Positions 1-10,776 are shown, numbered from the stretch's first letter. The stretch is 64,000 nt of DNA from a virus (IMGVR_UViG_3300033067_001757:1-64000); one strand, 5' to 3'. The notes: generated by a model not told the origin, from the letters alone. Program-made: numbers and translations.

Positions 1-64
1 GGAAGAAAAAAGAAAAGAAAAAGATTTAACGCAGAAAACTCTATTCGGAGATGGAATGTAGTAT

Positions 65-199
65 TACTGCTAACGTTTTCGGGCTTGGCGAAGTGGCTGA
101 ACCCGAACTTAAATATAATTACTAAACTTTAAAATTAAAAACGAATGATTGATAGAATTACTGAACAGCCATTTTGCCAAACCCGTGTTAGTGGCAGTA
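65..199. repeat. attC-like imperfect inverted repeat (TACTGCTAAC ... GTTAGTGGCAGTA) overlapping the MTase 5' end
   Basis: Outer arms TACTGCTAAC / GTTAGTGGCAGTA; inner arms CGGGCTTGGCGAAGTGGCTG / CAGCCATTTTGCCAAACCCG; complementary core GCCACTAAC at the gene end (932-940). Confidence 0.55.
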
Positions 200-939
200 C
201 TTTTGTGAACGCAGATTGCTTTGATGTTTTTCCTTTTATTGAGGATAAATCAATTGATGCGATTATTTGTGATTTACCTTATGGAACTACTAACTGCAAA
301 TGGGATTCTGTTTTAGATTTGAATAAACTTTGGGAACAATACAAACGAATACTAAAAGAAAATGGAGTAGTGATTTTATTTGCACAAACACCATTTGATA
401 AAGTGCTTGGTTGCTCAAATTTGGAATGGTTAAAATACGAATGGATTTGGGAGAAAACACAAGCAACTGGATATTTTAATGCAAAGAAAATGCCTATGAA
501 AGCACACGAAAACATTTTAGTATTTTACAACAAAACACCAAAGTTTAATCCACAAAAAACAGAAGGACATAAGCCTGTAAATACCTATACCAAGAAAGCC
601 GAAGTTTGTAACAAAACAGAAGTGTATGGTAAAGTAAAACAAGACGTAAGTGGTGGTGGCGAAACTGACAGATACCCAAGAAGCATACAAGTTTATGCTT
701 CAGATAAGCAGAAAACAAAACTTGATGGAACAATACACCCGACACAAAAACCTCTTGCTTTACTTGAAATGCTTGTGAAATCATATACAGACGAAGGCGA
801 TATGGTGTTAGATAACACAATGGGTTCAGGTACAACAAATTTGGCTTGCATTAAATTAAATCGCAAATCAATTGGAATAGAAAAGGAAAAACAATATTAC
901 GATATTGCTGTTCGGAGGGCTTCGGAGTATTGCCACTAA
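145..939 (+). CDS. DNA N6-adenine/N4-cytosine methyltransferase (beta class)
   Basis: DLPY catalytic motif, HPTQKP, VLDNTMGSGTT SAM-binding motif, SIGIE. Confidence 0.93.
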   Translation: MIDRITEQPFCQTRVSGSTFVNADCFDVFPFIEDKSIDAIICDLPYGTTNCKWDSVLDLNKLWEQYKRILKENGVVILFAQTPFDKVLGCSNLEWLKYEWIWEKTQATGYFNAKKMPMKAHENILVFYNKTPKFNPQKTEGHKPVNTYTKKAEVCNKTEVYGKVKQDVSGGGETDRYPRSIQVYASDKQKTKLDGTIHPTQKPLALLEMLVKSYTDEGDMVLDNTMGSGTTNLACIKLNRKSIGIEKEKQYYDIAVRRASEYCH

Positions 940-969
940 CTCGTATATTGACGCAATTCAATAAATTGA

Positions 970-1197
970 ACTACAATATTAGTAAATAAAATAGAAGAAC
1001 ATTTAAGTAAGAGAATTGAAAATAATGAGTTGACAAATGACGAACTGGTTCAACTTATTGAACATATAGGTATGTACTTAAATTTGCAGACGATACCGGA
1101 CTATGCTAAAGAAAATAATATGAGTTATAACGGTGTAAAAAAGCATAGAGTGATCAGAAGAATATTCAAAGTGAAATTTGTTATTGATAATAATTAA
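970..1197 (+). pseudogene. 75-codon open frame lacking an upstream start codon (remnant or non-canonical start)
   Basis: Open from just after TGA 967-969 to TAA 1195-1197; protein-like sequence LQTIPDYAKENNMSYNGVKK. Confidence 0.35.
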
Positions 1198-1206
1198 AAA
1201 TAAATT

Positions 1207-1764
1207 ATGATTACACAAGCGTCTATAGAAGAAATAATCTACGACGACAAGTACAGGATATCAATTCCAAAACTGTTATTCTCCAACAGGATAAATTCCA
1301 GGAAAGAAATGCAGGACTTGCTGAATGATAACGGGTATTATGGCCGGGCTGTCGTATTCTCCAAAAGAGAGTATGGTCATCCTACCAATAAGCTCTATGT
1401 GAAGATTGATCTCATAGAAAGTAACTACATATACAAGTGGCCATTCAATTCTTATTATGACACAAGAGAGAAAAAGGTTGACTTCGTTAAGCCGAAGATT
1501 AAAGTGACACCTCAGTTACGTTCTGGTATGAGAACCATTGTGATGGCTAAAGCTCAAAACAAGCTGTATAACATTAACGATGATAGTATCAGTTTTGACA
1601 GTATGCTACATGTTTATGGTAATATGGCAGCGGCTACGAGATCGCTTGTTATTAAGCAGTTAATGCAGCTCAGACTACTGAATGAAGAGAAACTAATACT
1701 GAAGAGCCTGGATGATGTGGATGAGCTTTATTATAATCAATTTGATCAAACTTATAGTATATGA
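1207..1764 (+). CDS. hypothetical protein
   Basis: 185 aa ORF, ATGA overlap with the next gene. Confidence 0.75.
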   Translation: MITQASIEEIIYDDKYRISIPKLLFSNRINSRKEMQDLLNDNGYYGRAVVFSKREYGHPTNKLYVKIDLIESNYIYKWPFNSYYDTREKKVDFVKPKIKVTPQLRSGMRTIVMAKAQNKLYNINDDSISFDSMLHVYGNMAAATRSLVIKQLMQLRLLNEEKLILKSLDDVDELYYNQFDQTYSI

Positions 1765-2234
1765 ATAAACTTACGAACGAAGAAATATCAAGAGTATTTG
1801 GGATGTATTTGGATTGTGAAATTTTCAAATTTTATACAAAATTAATAGCGGTAAATACCGAAGATATAGAATATGTTATACTCGAAGATGAAGGATTTAA
1901 TAGCAGAATCTTATCTTTCACGAATACATCACCAAAACTTCTTCTTACACCATTATCATCAATATCAGATGAACATGCTATTGAGGTAGCAAAAGTTTTT
2001 GGTGGTATAGATCATCTTAGCGACGAGAGTAAAATAGCTCAGGTAAAGGAGTTGATCTGTACAAATCAATTGTACACCAAACAAACGAATATCACCGGTA
2101 GCAGATGGGGATATGTTTTCCAACACCTAATCAAAAAAGGTTACGCGGTACCACTATGGTTTGATATTGATCACTGGGCTAACGGAATGACAGCGATTGA
2201 GATGGAAATCGCTTTTGATAAAAATAAAATATAA
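1761..2234 (+). CDS. hypothetical phage protein
   Basis: 157 aa ORF in a tightly packed + strand run; KLLLTPLSSISDEHA segment. Confidence 0.75.
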   Translation: MNKLTNEEISRVFGMYLDCEIFKFYTKLIAVNTEDIEYVILEDEGFNSRILSFTNTSPKLLLTPLSSISDEHAIEVAKVFGGIDHLSDESKIAQVKELICTNQLYTKQTNITGSRWGYVFQHLIKKGYAVPLWFDIDHWANGMTAIEMEIAFDKNKI

Positions 2235-2245
2235 ATAGAAAAACT

Positions 2246-2431
2246 ATGCAACACTGGACATCTGTAGAAGAAAAATTACCCGATACCGAAGGGTACTATA
2301 AAGTGAAATTTGAGGACGGTAGTACAGACGAAAAACCATTCAGAATAAGACCTAAACAACATATCCACGGTTTCATGACAATGGATAATGTTACGCATTG
2401 GGCTCCAATGGATAATGATCATGAATATTAA
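2246..2431 (+). CDS. DUF551-like small phage protein
   Basis: WTSVEEKLP ... VTHWAPM motif pair. Confidence 0.7.
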   Translation: MQHWTSVEEKLPDTEGYYKVKFEDGSTDEKPFRIRPKQHIHGFMTMDNVTHWAPMDNDHEY

Positions 2432-2443
2432 AATTAGTAAAAT

Positions 2444-2671
2444 ATGACATTAAAAAACTTCGTCAAAATCTTATTGATATTATCGGTATTATACGGTATG
2501 ATTGTAACATATGAACCGATGAATGCTCCTGTATCTGATAGTATAGTAATTCATGGATGGGATTGTTTGTTTATTATACCAGGTATAATCGGATGGTGTA
2601 TATTAATGATTGCGAGTGTTTTGATACCTGTAGCTATAATACAAAAGTTCTTCTTATGGTTATCTAGTTAA
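2444..2671 (+). CDS. small membrane protein
   Basis: Two hydrophobic stretches; operon packing. Confidence 0.6.
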   Translation: MTLKNFVKILLILSVLYGMIVTYEPMNAPVSDSIVIHGWDCLFIIPGIIGWCILMIASVLIPVAIIQKFFLWLSS

Positions 2672-2681
2672 ACTATTATAA

Positions 2682-2951
2682 ATGATCCTATCACTCATAC
2701 ACAAAGACCGGAAACTTTTTTATATTATTGGCACCTGTGGTAACGGAGATTACATTACACAGTTTGCAAGTAACATTACAGTCACCAATAAAAGGAAGTA
2801 TATTTTCTTTGGTGAAGAAACAGAAACGATAAAGCTCTCGGGATACACCAAGATATATTTTGGTAAGTATGGTAGCCAGCTATACTTTAAAGGTTATTGG
2901 GAGGCCAACCTGGATGACTTTGTTTCTAAGATGGATATCTTTGAGGAATAA
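2682..2951 (+). CDS. hypothetical protein
   Basis: 89 aa ORF, operon packing. Confidence 0.6.
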   Translation: MILSLIHKDRKLFYIIGTCGNGDYITQFASNITVTNKRKYIFFGEETETIKLSGYTKIYFGKYGSQLYFKGYWEANLDDFVSKMDIFEE

Positions 2952-2964
2952 TTAAATAAATATT

Positions 2965-3225
2965 ATGAATATACAATACATCGAACTCAATGAAGAAATG
3001 GATATGCCTTGTTTATGTGACTGCGGTACCTGGTTTGATCTGAATAAGGGATACCGAGGTTACAATAATAAGATCGTATGTGAGAGATGTCATGTGAAAA
3101 TACTTGCGATCAATGAACTCGAAATAGACATAGCCGACCTGGAGATGCAGGAGAATAAGAAGCGTAAGATTAAAGTATTACGCAAAAACCTTGAAATATT
3201 AAAATCAGAATTACCATGCTTGTAG
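2965..3225 (+). CDS. small Zn-finger protein
   Basis: CxCxC and CxxC motifs followed by a coiled coil. Confidence 0.6.
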   Translation: MNIQYIELNEEMDMPCLCDCGTWFDLNKGYRGYNNKIVCERCHVKILAINELEIDIADLEMQENKKRKIKVLRKNLEILKSELPCL

Positions 3226-3431
3226 AATTAAATAAACAAGATTTGATATCATTGGTAGTTGGTAAACCACCATACTATTCTGTATTCGAAAATATATTGG
3301 TTAAGAAATGTGGGTATTACAGAGGTGGACAAAATGATGAATGGAGATGGGATGGTAATGAACTGGAAAAATTATCGGAAAAACAATTGTATAATTTATA
3401 TTTAGTATGTCGCAATAGTTGGAAATACTAA
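3216..3431 (+). CDS. hypothetical protein
   Basis: 71 aa; last gene before the convergent strand switch. Confidence 0.6.
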   Translation: MLVELNKQDLISLVVGKPPYYSVFENILVKKCGYYRGGQNDEWRWDGNELEKLSEKQLYNLYLVCRNSWKY

Positions 3432-3817
3432 AACAATATCAACTCCACGCCGGTAGTACATATCCTCAGCAAATTCTGCAGTTGGTGGAAATGATACAAC
3501 GTTATATCCTTAAACGTCCAGATACCTTTATTCTCATACAGATGGCCCTGCAAAAAGAATTGACTTGTTGCACTTAGCGAATATATCACCTTCGTATGTA
3601 GTGGATAGTTGAAAGTTTTCAGAAGTACCATACCTGCTTTTTGTAGTGCATCGTTACTGATTGGTAATGGCTTTAATGCGTGGTACGGACATTCTGCTAT
3701 TATTCTTTTCTCAGACATGACTATACTATTCTGTGAGATATCATTAAGCGCTCTGATCCGGATAATCTCTCGGTCGCGGATGGTAGCGTAGTTGCCGGTC
3801 TCGTAGTGATCAGTCAT
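3428..3817 (-). CDS. hypothetical protein
   Basis: 129 aa; C-terminal YHFHQLQNL motif typical of small phage proteins. Confidence 0.65.
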   Translation of the reverse strand: MTDHYETGNYATIRDREIIRIRALNDISQNSIVMSEKRIIAECPYHALKPLPISNDALQKAGMVLLKTFNYPLHTKVIYSLSATSQFFLQGHLYENKGIWTFKDITLYHFHQLQNLLRICTTGVELILF

Positions 3818-4276
3818 CTTGTCCTTCGGTGAATATGAGGTCGGTGATTTACCTGGGTTGAAATATTATATCGGCTATTTTGCGTAGGATCCGCAAAAGT
3901 TTACGACCTGAAAAATACATGCGTGTTTGATCTGTTGTCATAAATAACATGTTTAGGATGTCCGGGTGGAACAGATTATCGGGACAAAGGCCCAGGATGT
4001 GGAGGAATGGTTCGAGCATTAATATTTGTTTGGAATATATTTAGATTTCTTATACTTGGAATCATCTTCTGCTAATTTTATGATTCTATATAATATATCG
4101 TAGTCAATTATTTTAGCTGTATATGCTGCACAGGGATATTCATCATCTTTTACCATCTCACTTATTTCATTCTCTTCCTGTTTAATTTCTTCATCTGTCA
4201 TTTTATTATAACGTTCTGACCATTAGTCATTTCGGATGATGGTTCGTGATATTAATTCTTGTATTGAAAGCATATA

Positions 4277-5656
4277 CTATCCAGCTATTATCTTTTTGAA
4301 ATCAAAGAAGTAATCTGTATGACTGATCTCATTTACATATTTAGGAATCACCTGAACAGAGTAGCCGGCATATGATATTCCGTAATTATGCTGTACGTGT
4401 GCGGATGGAGGAGCGAAGCTCATGAAGTTTCTATAATCGAATTTCTTAGCACGTTTGTATCCTATCTGATGCAGATCACCTTTCTCCAAATGGATGTATG
4501 GAGTATTGATATTATAATGATCAATATAATCATTGATGAATGTAATGGTCTTATCGTTAAGATCTAACGGTAAGCCTCTGAACATATGCTTTTTATCTTT
4601 ACCGTGGGTGAGGATGAATGTGTGATTACCGTAACGGAAGTGTTCCATGAACTTGGTCAGTATATAGAATTCTACACAAGATTTGTCATATGATCTTTCA
4701 AGGATCATCTGAATAGTCATGTTGGCTATATGTGAGAAATCCCCGCTATGATTATCGTTCGATATGTTTCGTATCAGTATCCTATTGGCCACTTCTGCTT
4801 TAATACAGTTCTCGATTAACCTCAGTTTACCGGTAACGAATGTTTTAAACGACTGGACATTATCCATGTTCTGGTCCAGAGAATGACCACCTCTTACAGT
4901 CTGACCATTAAACCCGTCTAACGCATCACCGAGGTCGTCGATTATCAACAGATCGAATTTGCCGTGGGTATTGAACTCTTTGATGATAGAAGCGTATACC
5001 TTATCAAGATTGTTGTTGAATATTTCTGCACTGTATTCATATTCAAATAACCCGAGTCCACCTGGATCGGGGTCCAATCCTACGTGCATATCTGTGACTG
5101 TGGCTTTAATAGCTTTTACCAGGTTTGGTGTCTGTGGTATTATCACAGGGGAACCAACAGTAACAAACTTCTCAATTATCTCCCGGATAACATCCGTATC
5201 AATCTTGTTCAGCTTAGGTTTCAACCATAGCTTGATCTGGAATAATGGAGTGACTACAATTACGTTATCGGAGTTCTTAGCTCCTACTTCCCATTTATTA
5301 CATATCCACCGTTCAATATCCCAATACGTCAGATCGATATCACAAGCTTCAATCAGTTCTTCTTTAGTCTTGATTTGCTTAACAGTATTGAATGTGTATT
5401 CTGCCTTGTCACCTTTCTCACCGTATGATGTATTACCCTTACCTGTGGTTTCTTGTCGATCATTTTGATTATTCCGAGGATCCAGCTCCGGATGCTTCTT
5501 GCGGAAGCGTCTGCAGATATGTTCAACACTCGAAGTGGTAGTTTCAAATTTATCAGCTACATATTTGTAATTATCGTAACCTCGTAAATATTGTGGATTG
5601 CTCTTAATGAATTCTCTGATCTGTTGATTCTTAGATTCGTCTTGGACTGATGCCAT
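4277..5656 (-). CDS. calcineurin-like metallophosphoesterase with N-terminal helical/HTH domain
   Basis: DMHVG, LGDALDG, NDNH, THG and GDLH motifs. Confidence 0.8.
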   Translation of the reverse strand: MASVQDESKNQQIREFIKSNPQYLRGYDNYKYVADKFETTTSSVEHICRRFRKKHPELDPRNNQNDRQETTGKGNTSYGEKGDKAEYTFNTVKQIKTKEELIEACDIDLTYWDIERWICNKWEVGAKNSDNVIVVTPLFQIKLWLKPKLNKIDTDVIREIIEKFVTVGSPVIIPQTPNLVKAIKATVTDMHVGLDPDPGGLGLFEYEYSAEIFNNNLDKVYASIIKEFNTHGKFDLLIIDDLGDALDGFNGQTVRGGHSLDQNMDNVQSFKTFVTGKLRLIENCIKAEVANRILIRNISNDNHSGDFSHIANMTIQMILERSYDKSCVEFYILTKFMEHFRYGNHTFILTHGKDKKHMFRGLPLDLNDKTITFINDYIDHYNINTPYIHLEKGDLHQIGYKRAKKFDYRNFMSFAPPSAHVQHNYGISYAGYSVQVIPKYVNEISHTDYFFDFKKIIAG

Positions 5657-5719
5657 TCTTGTGGTTTTCGTGAAGGATATAAGTATATATAAATATACCG
5701 GACGGACTATTGGATTAGA

Positions 5720-6412
5720 CTATATTTTGATGGTAGTGATGATTGGTTTGTTTACTGGTCTGTACGCATCATTACAAATTGAAGCGTTGATGTAAGTTAT
5801 CCCATATTGTTCACCAATACAGTATCCATCGTGCGTATGACCGAATGTGTGTATCTTAGGCTTTAACTCTGCTATTCTGACCTTCAAATCCCCACATCCT
5901 ACCGATACATCCTGATCAGGAATATAGTCTCCTATACCAGCAGGTGGCCCGTGAGTAACGATAATATCCTGACCATACGGAATCATATTCCATATCCTGC
6001 GTATTTTTTCACCTCTGGGAGCATTATAAGCCCAGTGCTCGGGATAGAAATCCGGAGTGTACGGTGAGCCCCAAATATTCAGACCACAGATAGAAACGCC
6101 TGTATTGAGCAAATGGAACATAGTGCTGTCTGGCTGATTGACATGATAATCTTTCAACATGGTTTCCCACCAGATATCAGCGCCTGTCTCTATGTCGAAT
6201 TTTGAATCACCGTTCAGATCATGGTTACCATTGATAAATACTTTAAACAATGCGTTGTCCTGTGCTGAGAACCATTTAAGAAATGATTCCACATCTTCTT
6301 TGCTACCACGGTTGGTATAGTCCCCGGCATGGATAAGTATATCGCATTCTGGGATGGTGACTTTTTTGTGATAACCGTGGGTATCTGAGATGCAGCAAAT
6401 CTTCAACTGCAT
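5720..6412 (-). CDS. metallophosphoesterase (239FB/MPPED-like)
   Basis: ISDTH, HAGD, GNHD, THGPP and FGHTH motifs. Confidence 0.92.
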   Translation of the reverse strand: MQLKICCISDTHGYHKKVTIPECDILIHAGDYTNRGSKEDVESFLKWFSAQDNALFKVFINGNHDLNGDSKFDIETGADIWWETMLKDYHVNQPDSTMFHLLNTGVSICGLNIWGSPYTPDFYPEHWAYNAPRGEKIRRIWNMIPYGQDIIVTHGPPAGIGDYIPDQDVSVGCGDLKVRIAELKPKIHTFGHTHDGYCIGEQYGITYINASICNDAYRPVNKPIITTIKI

Positions 6413-6414
6413 TT

Positions 6415-6777
6415 CTACCCGAATGAATTGATCTGAGTGAAAGACACCGTTCTCAACGGTTGACGTTTAGTTTCCTTACGTAGGTCCTTCTTCACCTGGC
6501 GCTCGTCAATCTTCTCTTCTTTAGACTTGCGCCTGGGATTGAATATGTCTGGCTGATTGGCACGAATGTTTAATTCGTATACTGTTACACCATCACGAAA
6601 AACACCAATGTAGTATGGCTCTCTGCCGCCACTGTACGCAATCTGTTGTGCTCTGTCTGAAACGGATACATCTGATATCCACGGCATCTTACGAGTGATC
6701 TCGTTTGTTGCGAAAAAGTACGGATGTAGATTGATCTTGCGACCTTCACCGGATTTGTATTTGATTTGTATTTGCAT
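6415..6777 (-). CDS. hypothetical protein
   Basis: 120 aa ORF, operon packing. Confidence 0.65.
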   Translation of the reverse strand: MQIQIKYKSGEGRKINLHPYFFATNEITRKMPWISDVSVSDRAQQIAYSGGREPYYIGVFRDGVTVYELNIRANQPDIFNPRRKSKEEKIDERQVKKDLRKETKRQPLRTVSFTQINSFG

Positions 6778-6795
6778 AACTTTTATTTTATTGGA

Positions 6796-7095
6796 TTATA
6801 CAAGACGAGCTAACTTATTAACATGATAAGAAAGTATTTTATTATAATTATCAAATGAGTTGAGAAGTTTTGTTATGTCAAATAACAAACCATTATTTAA
6901 TGAACTGTCTTTAGTATATCCTTCTTCAGCTTTTATGGGCTCAGATACTTCTAATTTCTCAGTGATTCTAATAAGTTCAATCAAGAGATTGTAGTATCGT
7001 TCATTTGAATCGATAAGTTTAATTCCGATGGATTCGAGTTCTGTTAGTGAAGCATGTTCTGTCTCTGCCATATTACTTTGTTTTTGATTATACAT
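6796..7095 (-). CDS. hypothetical protein
   Basis: 99 aa ORF, operon packing. Confidence 0.6.
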   Translation of the reverse strand: MYNQKQSNMAETEHASLTELESIGIKLIDSNERYYNLLIELIRITEKLEVSEPIKAEEGYTKDSSLNNGLLFDITKLLNSFDNYNKILSYHVNKLARLV

Positions 7096-7111
7096 TGTAT
7101 TGGATTTTAAT

Positions 7112-8236
7112 TTATCTGTTTGAGAAGCCTATTACTCTACGTTCTTCCTGTACACGCATATTGTCTTCATCAATATTGTAGATGTCAGTGAGTGTCATTG
7201 GAACGTTTGTTATGAAATCTTTACCGAGGTGCTTGAGTAATGCATTTGAATCATCTGCACTAAGCTGATCAAATTTCCACTCACTCAAAAGACGTCCTTT
7301 TCGCAATAATGCTGAATCAATCTTGTCCCTACTCGTATTAAACGTAGCGATGATCTGTATCGATAAGCAGTCTGAGAGTATACCGTCTGTCAGATTGAGT
7401 ATGTTTGATACTCCTTGGTCGTTACCCGAACCAGTCTCTCTATCCAGTATCACCTTCTCAGCATCTTCAATTACTACAATAGAATTGCTATGTGACATCA
7501 GGAACGTAATGAATGAAGGATCACTGATTTGGTGGGCCAATGATGGTGGAAGAAACAATACTTCTTTCTTTACCTGACAGGCCAGATGTCTTATAAAAGA
7601 CGTTTTACCTGATCCGGGAATTCCATGAAGTAATACCAGCCCTTTACCGCGATCCATATTCAACTTCTCAATAATCTTGTTGTATACCGGCATGAATTTC
7701 TTACCGTAGTTCAACTCAACGTTCAGATCGTTCTGTCTGATCGGATAAGTGATTGTTGTCAGACCGTTGGTGGCAGATTTTATCAATGATATATTCCCCC
7801 CATATTCAACTTTAAAACGATACCTTGGCATCTTTTTAATGATAGGTTCAATCAGAGATATATCTGAATAGAATATATCAAGAGTGATACCATCAGTGAT
7901 TGATTTATCGTCGGCATCATTATCAATGTATTGATACGTAACTTTAATGAAAGCATCTTCTTTATTGTAGACCAGGTTTAAAGGATGATCCTGTCCTTTA
8001 TCCACGGTCCTGGATGACCATATCAATTCGAAGCCAGCTTTGATTATATTCTTAACGAAGGTTGGGCGTAACTTATCATTGTGTAAATAATTCTGCGGTA
8101 TTCTTCCGAATGTATTCAAATAGTAATTTCCCATGGGGAAAGCTCCATCATAATCCAAGTCGTAGAATACTTTACTGGTACTTTGAGATGGTGTAAATGA
8201 ATTCTTTTTTAATAAATCCGTTGGTATATATTCCAT
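7112..8236 (-). CDS. AAA+ ATPase
   Basis: Walker A GIPGSGKT, Walker B VVIEDAE, DSALLRKGR second region of homology. Confidence 0.92.
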   Translation of the reverse strand: MEYIPTDLLKKNSFTPSQSTSKVFYDLDYDGAFPMGNYYLNTFGRIPQNYLHNDKLRPTFVKNIIKAGFELIWSSRTVDKGQDHPLNLVYNKEDAFIKVTYQYIDNDADDKSITDGITLDIFYSDISLIEPIIKKMPRYRFKVEYGGNISLIKSATNGLTTITYPIRQNDLNVELNYGKKFMPVYNKIIEKLNMDRGKGLVLLHGIPGSGKTSFIRHLACQVKKEVLFLPPSLAHQISDPSFITFLMSHSNSIVVIEDAEKVILDRETGSGNDQGVSNILNLTDGILSDCLSIQIIATFNTSRDKIDSALLRKGRLLSEWKFDQLSADDSNALLKHLGKDFITNVPMTLTDIYNIDEDNMRVQEERRVIGFSNR

Positions 8237-8237
8237 A

Positions 8238-8501
8238 TTATTTTACTCCAAATATTTTCAATATCCATTTAGGTACTCTGGATAGTTTATCTTCTACCTT
8301 ATGTATGTCTTCAAGCTTATACCCGAGTGAAGCATTCATATCTTCTATGCGCTGAGTCTCTTCACTTAAGATATCAAACAGAGATTTTATTACAGGGTCC
8401 TGTATAACATTTTCGACAGTGACGTCTATTGTTGAAATTTGGTAACGGGTATCTTTTAAGGATACACCATGTTTAAAAATATGTACTTGGAGTGTAGGCA
8501 T
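8238..8501 (-). CDS. hypothetical protein
   Basis: 87 aa ORF directly downstream of a promoter. Confidence 0.6.
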   Translation of the reverse strand: MPTLQVHIFKHGVSLKDTRYQISTIDVTVENVIQDPVIKSLFDILSEETQRIEDMNASLGYKLEDIHKVEDKLSRVPKWILKIFGVK

Positions 8502-8518
8502 ACTGGATTATTAGAGAG

Positions 8519-8550
8519 CAAAGATATGTAGAACTTATGAGATGACCAAA
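8519..8550 (-). promoter_or_regulatory. Bacteroidota sigma-A type promoter
   Basis: TTTG-N20-TATCTTTG on the minus strand. Confidence 0.75.
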
Positions 8551-8572
8551 TATAATTAGAGAACTAAGGTGT

Positions 8573-9685
8573 CTATTTTATAAGTCCTGTAGACAGTGTT
8601 GCTTTGATTGATGGTTGAGGGTTATAGTCATTCAGCTTGATGAATCTTTCCCAGCCGGCATAATATATCTCAGCTAATATTTCGTCTATGTCGGAATGCC
8701 AACTGAGATCATCTGTGAATTCTAATGTTGGAAGCTGACCTGGAGTACGGGTTAATTGTTCGTTTACTTGATCCCGGTGGTTATCATAAATGTGAACGTC
8801 ACCGAAGCTGTGGATAAAAGTTCCAGGCACCATATTACACATCTTTGCGATGATATGAGTGAGCAGAGAGTATGATGCTATATTGTAGCTCGCGCCCAAA
8901 AAAACATCACATGATCTTTGATAGAGATGACAATCGAGGTAGTATTTTGGAATATTATTATCGTCTAAAATATTTGTTGCAATATTTATCAAAGTATCAG
9001 TGTCGGGTACGGTAGTACCTGATTCACAATTTTTAGTATCATACAAAGATATTCTTTGCTCCAACGTCAGCGGCCTGCAATTAAACTGGAACATACTATG
9101 GCACCAGTATAACGCAAGATCGTTATCGTGTGCGGGATCCACCGCTGAAACAATATGCCTACGTGATTCCGGATTGTTACGGAGTGAGTTGATTACGTTG
9201 GAGATTTGGTCTACTACCCCATCATTATATCCGGTCCATTGTTGTCTATCCCATTTTCTCCACACTTTACCGTACTGATATCCACAGTCACCCAGCTTAT
9301 AGTTGACGCTTTCTACTCTGCTTTCTCCTTTTGGATTCTTCACTCTATCCACAAATTGTTCAAAAGACATAGGTTCGATATCATACTTACCGTCTTTCTT
9401 CCCTATCTGTTTCAGGTAAAAATTATAGGCATCTTCATTCCAAATATTGCAGCCCCGATCCACGAGGTATTTAATATTCGTATCACCACGTAAGAACCAT
9501 AACAGTTCAACAACGATATTCTTGAATGATATTTTCTTTGTTGTTAATAGTGGAAATCCATCAGCCAGATTATGTCTGAATTGATAACCGAATAGTGATT
9601 GGGTGCCAGGCATGTTTTCTCTGGCTGCAGGTTTGTATGTTCCCTTGTCTTTGATTGCTTTGAGCAAGTCTAAGTATTGTTGCAA
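8573..9685 (-). CDS. thyA: thymidylate synthase
   Basis: FPLLTTKK, ELLWFLRG, SRRHIV, LYWCH, YQRSCDVFLG and GDVHIY motifs. Confidence 0.97.
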   Translation of the reverse strand: MQQYLDLLKAIKDKGTYKPAARENMPGTQSLFGYQFRHNLADGFPLLTTKKISFKNIVVELLWFLRGDTNIKYLVDRGCNIWNEDAYNFYLKQIGKKDGKYDIEPMSFEQFVDRVKNPKGESRVESVNYKLGDCGYQYGKVWRKWDRQQWTGYNDGVVDQISNVINSLRNNPESRRHIVSAVDPAHDNDLALYWCHSMFQFNCRPLTLEQRISLYDTKNCESGTTVPDTDTLINIATNILDDNNIPKYYLDCHLYQRSCDVFLGASYNIASYSLLTHIIAKMCNMVPGTFIHSFGDVHIYDNHRDQVNEQLTRTPGQLPTLEFTDDLSWHSDIDEILAEIYYAGWERFIKLNDYNPQPSIKATLSTGLIK

Positions 9686-9921
9686 TGTTTTTGTTTTAAT
9701 TTGTTACTCGCATATGAAGCGAAGCTTACGAAGTTGCGTTGGATAAATGCTGTAGCACCTTCTTTCGTTTTAAACGTTTGATTCTTTGATGCACAGTAAT
9801 CATTGATAATCTCAGTAGCGTTTGCACCGGTACAGTTATGCTTTGTTTTCAACCAGTGTGTAACTCCGTATACATTATGAATGTTCTGAGGTGAATACCG
9901 GTTAGGTGGACGTCTGCTCAT
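9670..9921 (-). CDS. hypothetical protein
   Basis: 83 aa ORF, operon packing. Confidence 0.55.
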   Translation of the reverse strand: MSRRPPNRYSPQNIHNVYGVTHWLKTKHNCTGANATEIINDYCASKNQTFKTKEGATAFIQRNFVSFASYASNKLKQKHCNNT

Positions 9922-9932
9922 TAATTAGTTTT

Positions 9933-10211
9933 TTAGTTATCAGCTACTGACTTTCTTGTTCTGAAGAAGCCTGTGTGTTCAGGATGTTCTTTCATAAATA
10001 GTCTTCCATAGAACGCCGAGTAATTGTTATTGATCTTGAATATATCATTGCCACCAACATTTGTTTCCCATCTCACTATGTGTAAGATGAAATCGGATGA
10101 AGTATTCTTATATCCATTCACGATTGCCTGGAAAGAAGTCTCTTTGAATTTATCGTAGACTTGAGGGTTCTCATTATGGTACTGGTCGAATTTGGTTTGC
10201 AGGTTACTCAT
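9933..10211 (-). CDS. conserved phage hypothetical protein
   Basis: FDQYHNENPQVY ... FKINNNYSAFYGRLF ... FFRTR pattern. Confidence 0.75.
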   Translation of the reverse strand: MSNLQTKFDQYHNENPQVYDKFKETSFQAIVNGYKNTSSDFILHIVRWETNVGGNDIFKINNNYSAFYGRLFMKEHPEHTGFFRTRKSVADN

Positions 10212-10569
10212 TCTTCTTCCATTTGATAATCAAATTCTTCTGCAGACTGATATTCATCACCATCACAATCGTCATCATCTTTATATTCAAAGAGATGTTG
10301 ATTCTGAGTTGGTATAAGTGAATTGAAATCACTGTCTGAGTAAGTATTACCTTGATAACCGTACAGCGGATGTTTACGTTTTAATATGTACATATGTGAT
10401 GGATTTTAGTTTTACTCTCCTGTTGCTAATCTGTATATTCCGTAGAGTATCCAGAGTATTATAGAAAATGACTGTCCGTTTGTATCCACCCACGGACAAT
10501 ATTGTTTTTAGAGACTTTTATTTGCTGCAATATACATAGTTTGTATATTGTTGTTTAAAACTATAAATT

Positions 10570-10776
10570 ATGGATGAGCGCAGCCCAGAACACGCAATTA
10601 TCGCATTGACCATTGTTCATTTAGAACTGAGAGTGAAAGCATTAGTTGAATATATATCCACAAAATTGGATGGATTTGATGAAGCTCAATTTGAATTATT
10701 TGCAAAAGAATTTCGTGAAAAACATAATGATGAATTGGTCAATAAAGTAATGGCTATGAGTAAGATTAATCCATAA
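10570..10776 (+). CDS. IS passenger, hypothetical protein
   Basis: 68 aa helical ORF inside the IS ends. Confidence 0.55.
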   Translation: MDERSPEHAIIALTIVHLELRVKALVEYISTKLDGFDEAQFELFAKEFREKHNDELVNKVMAMSKINP

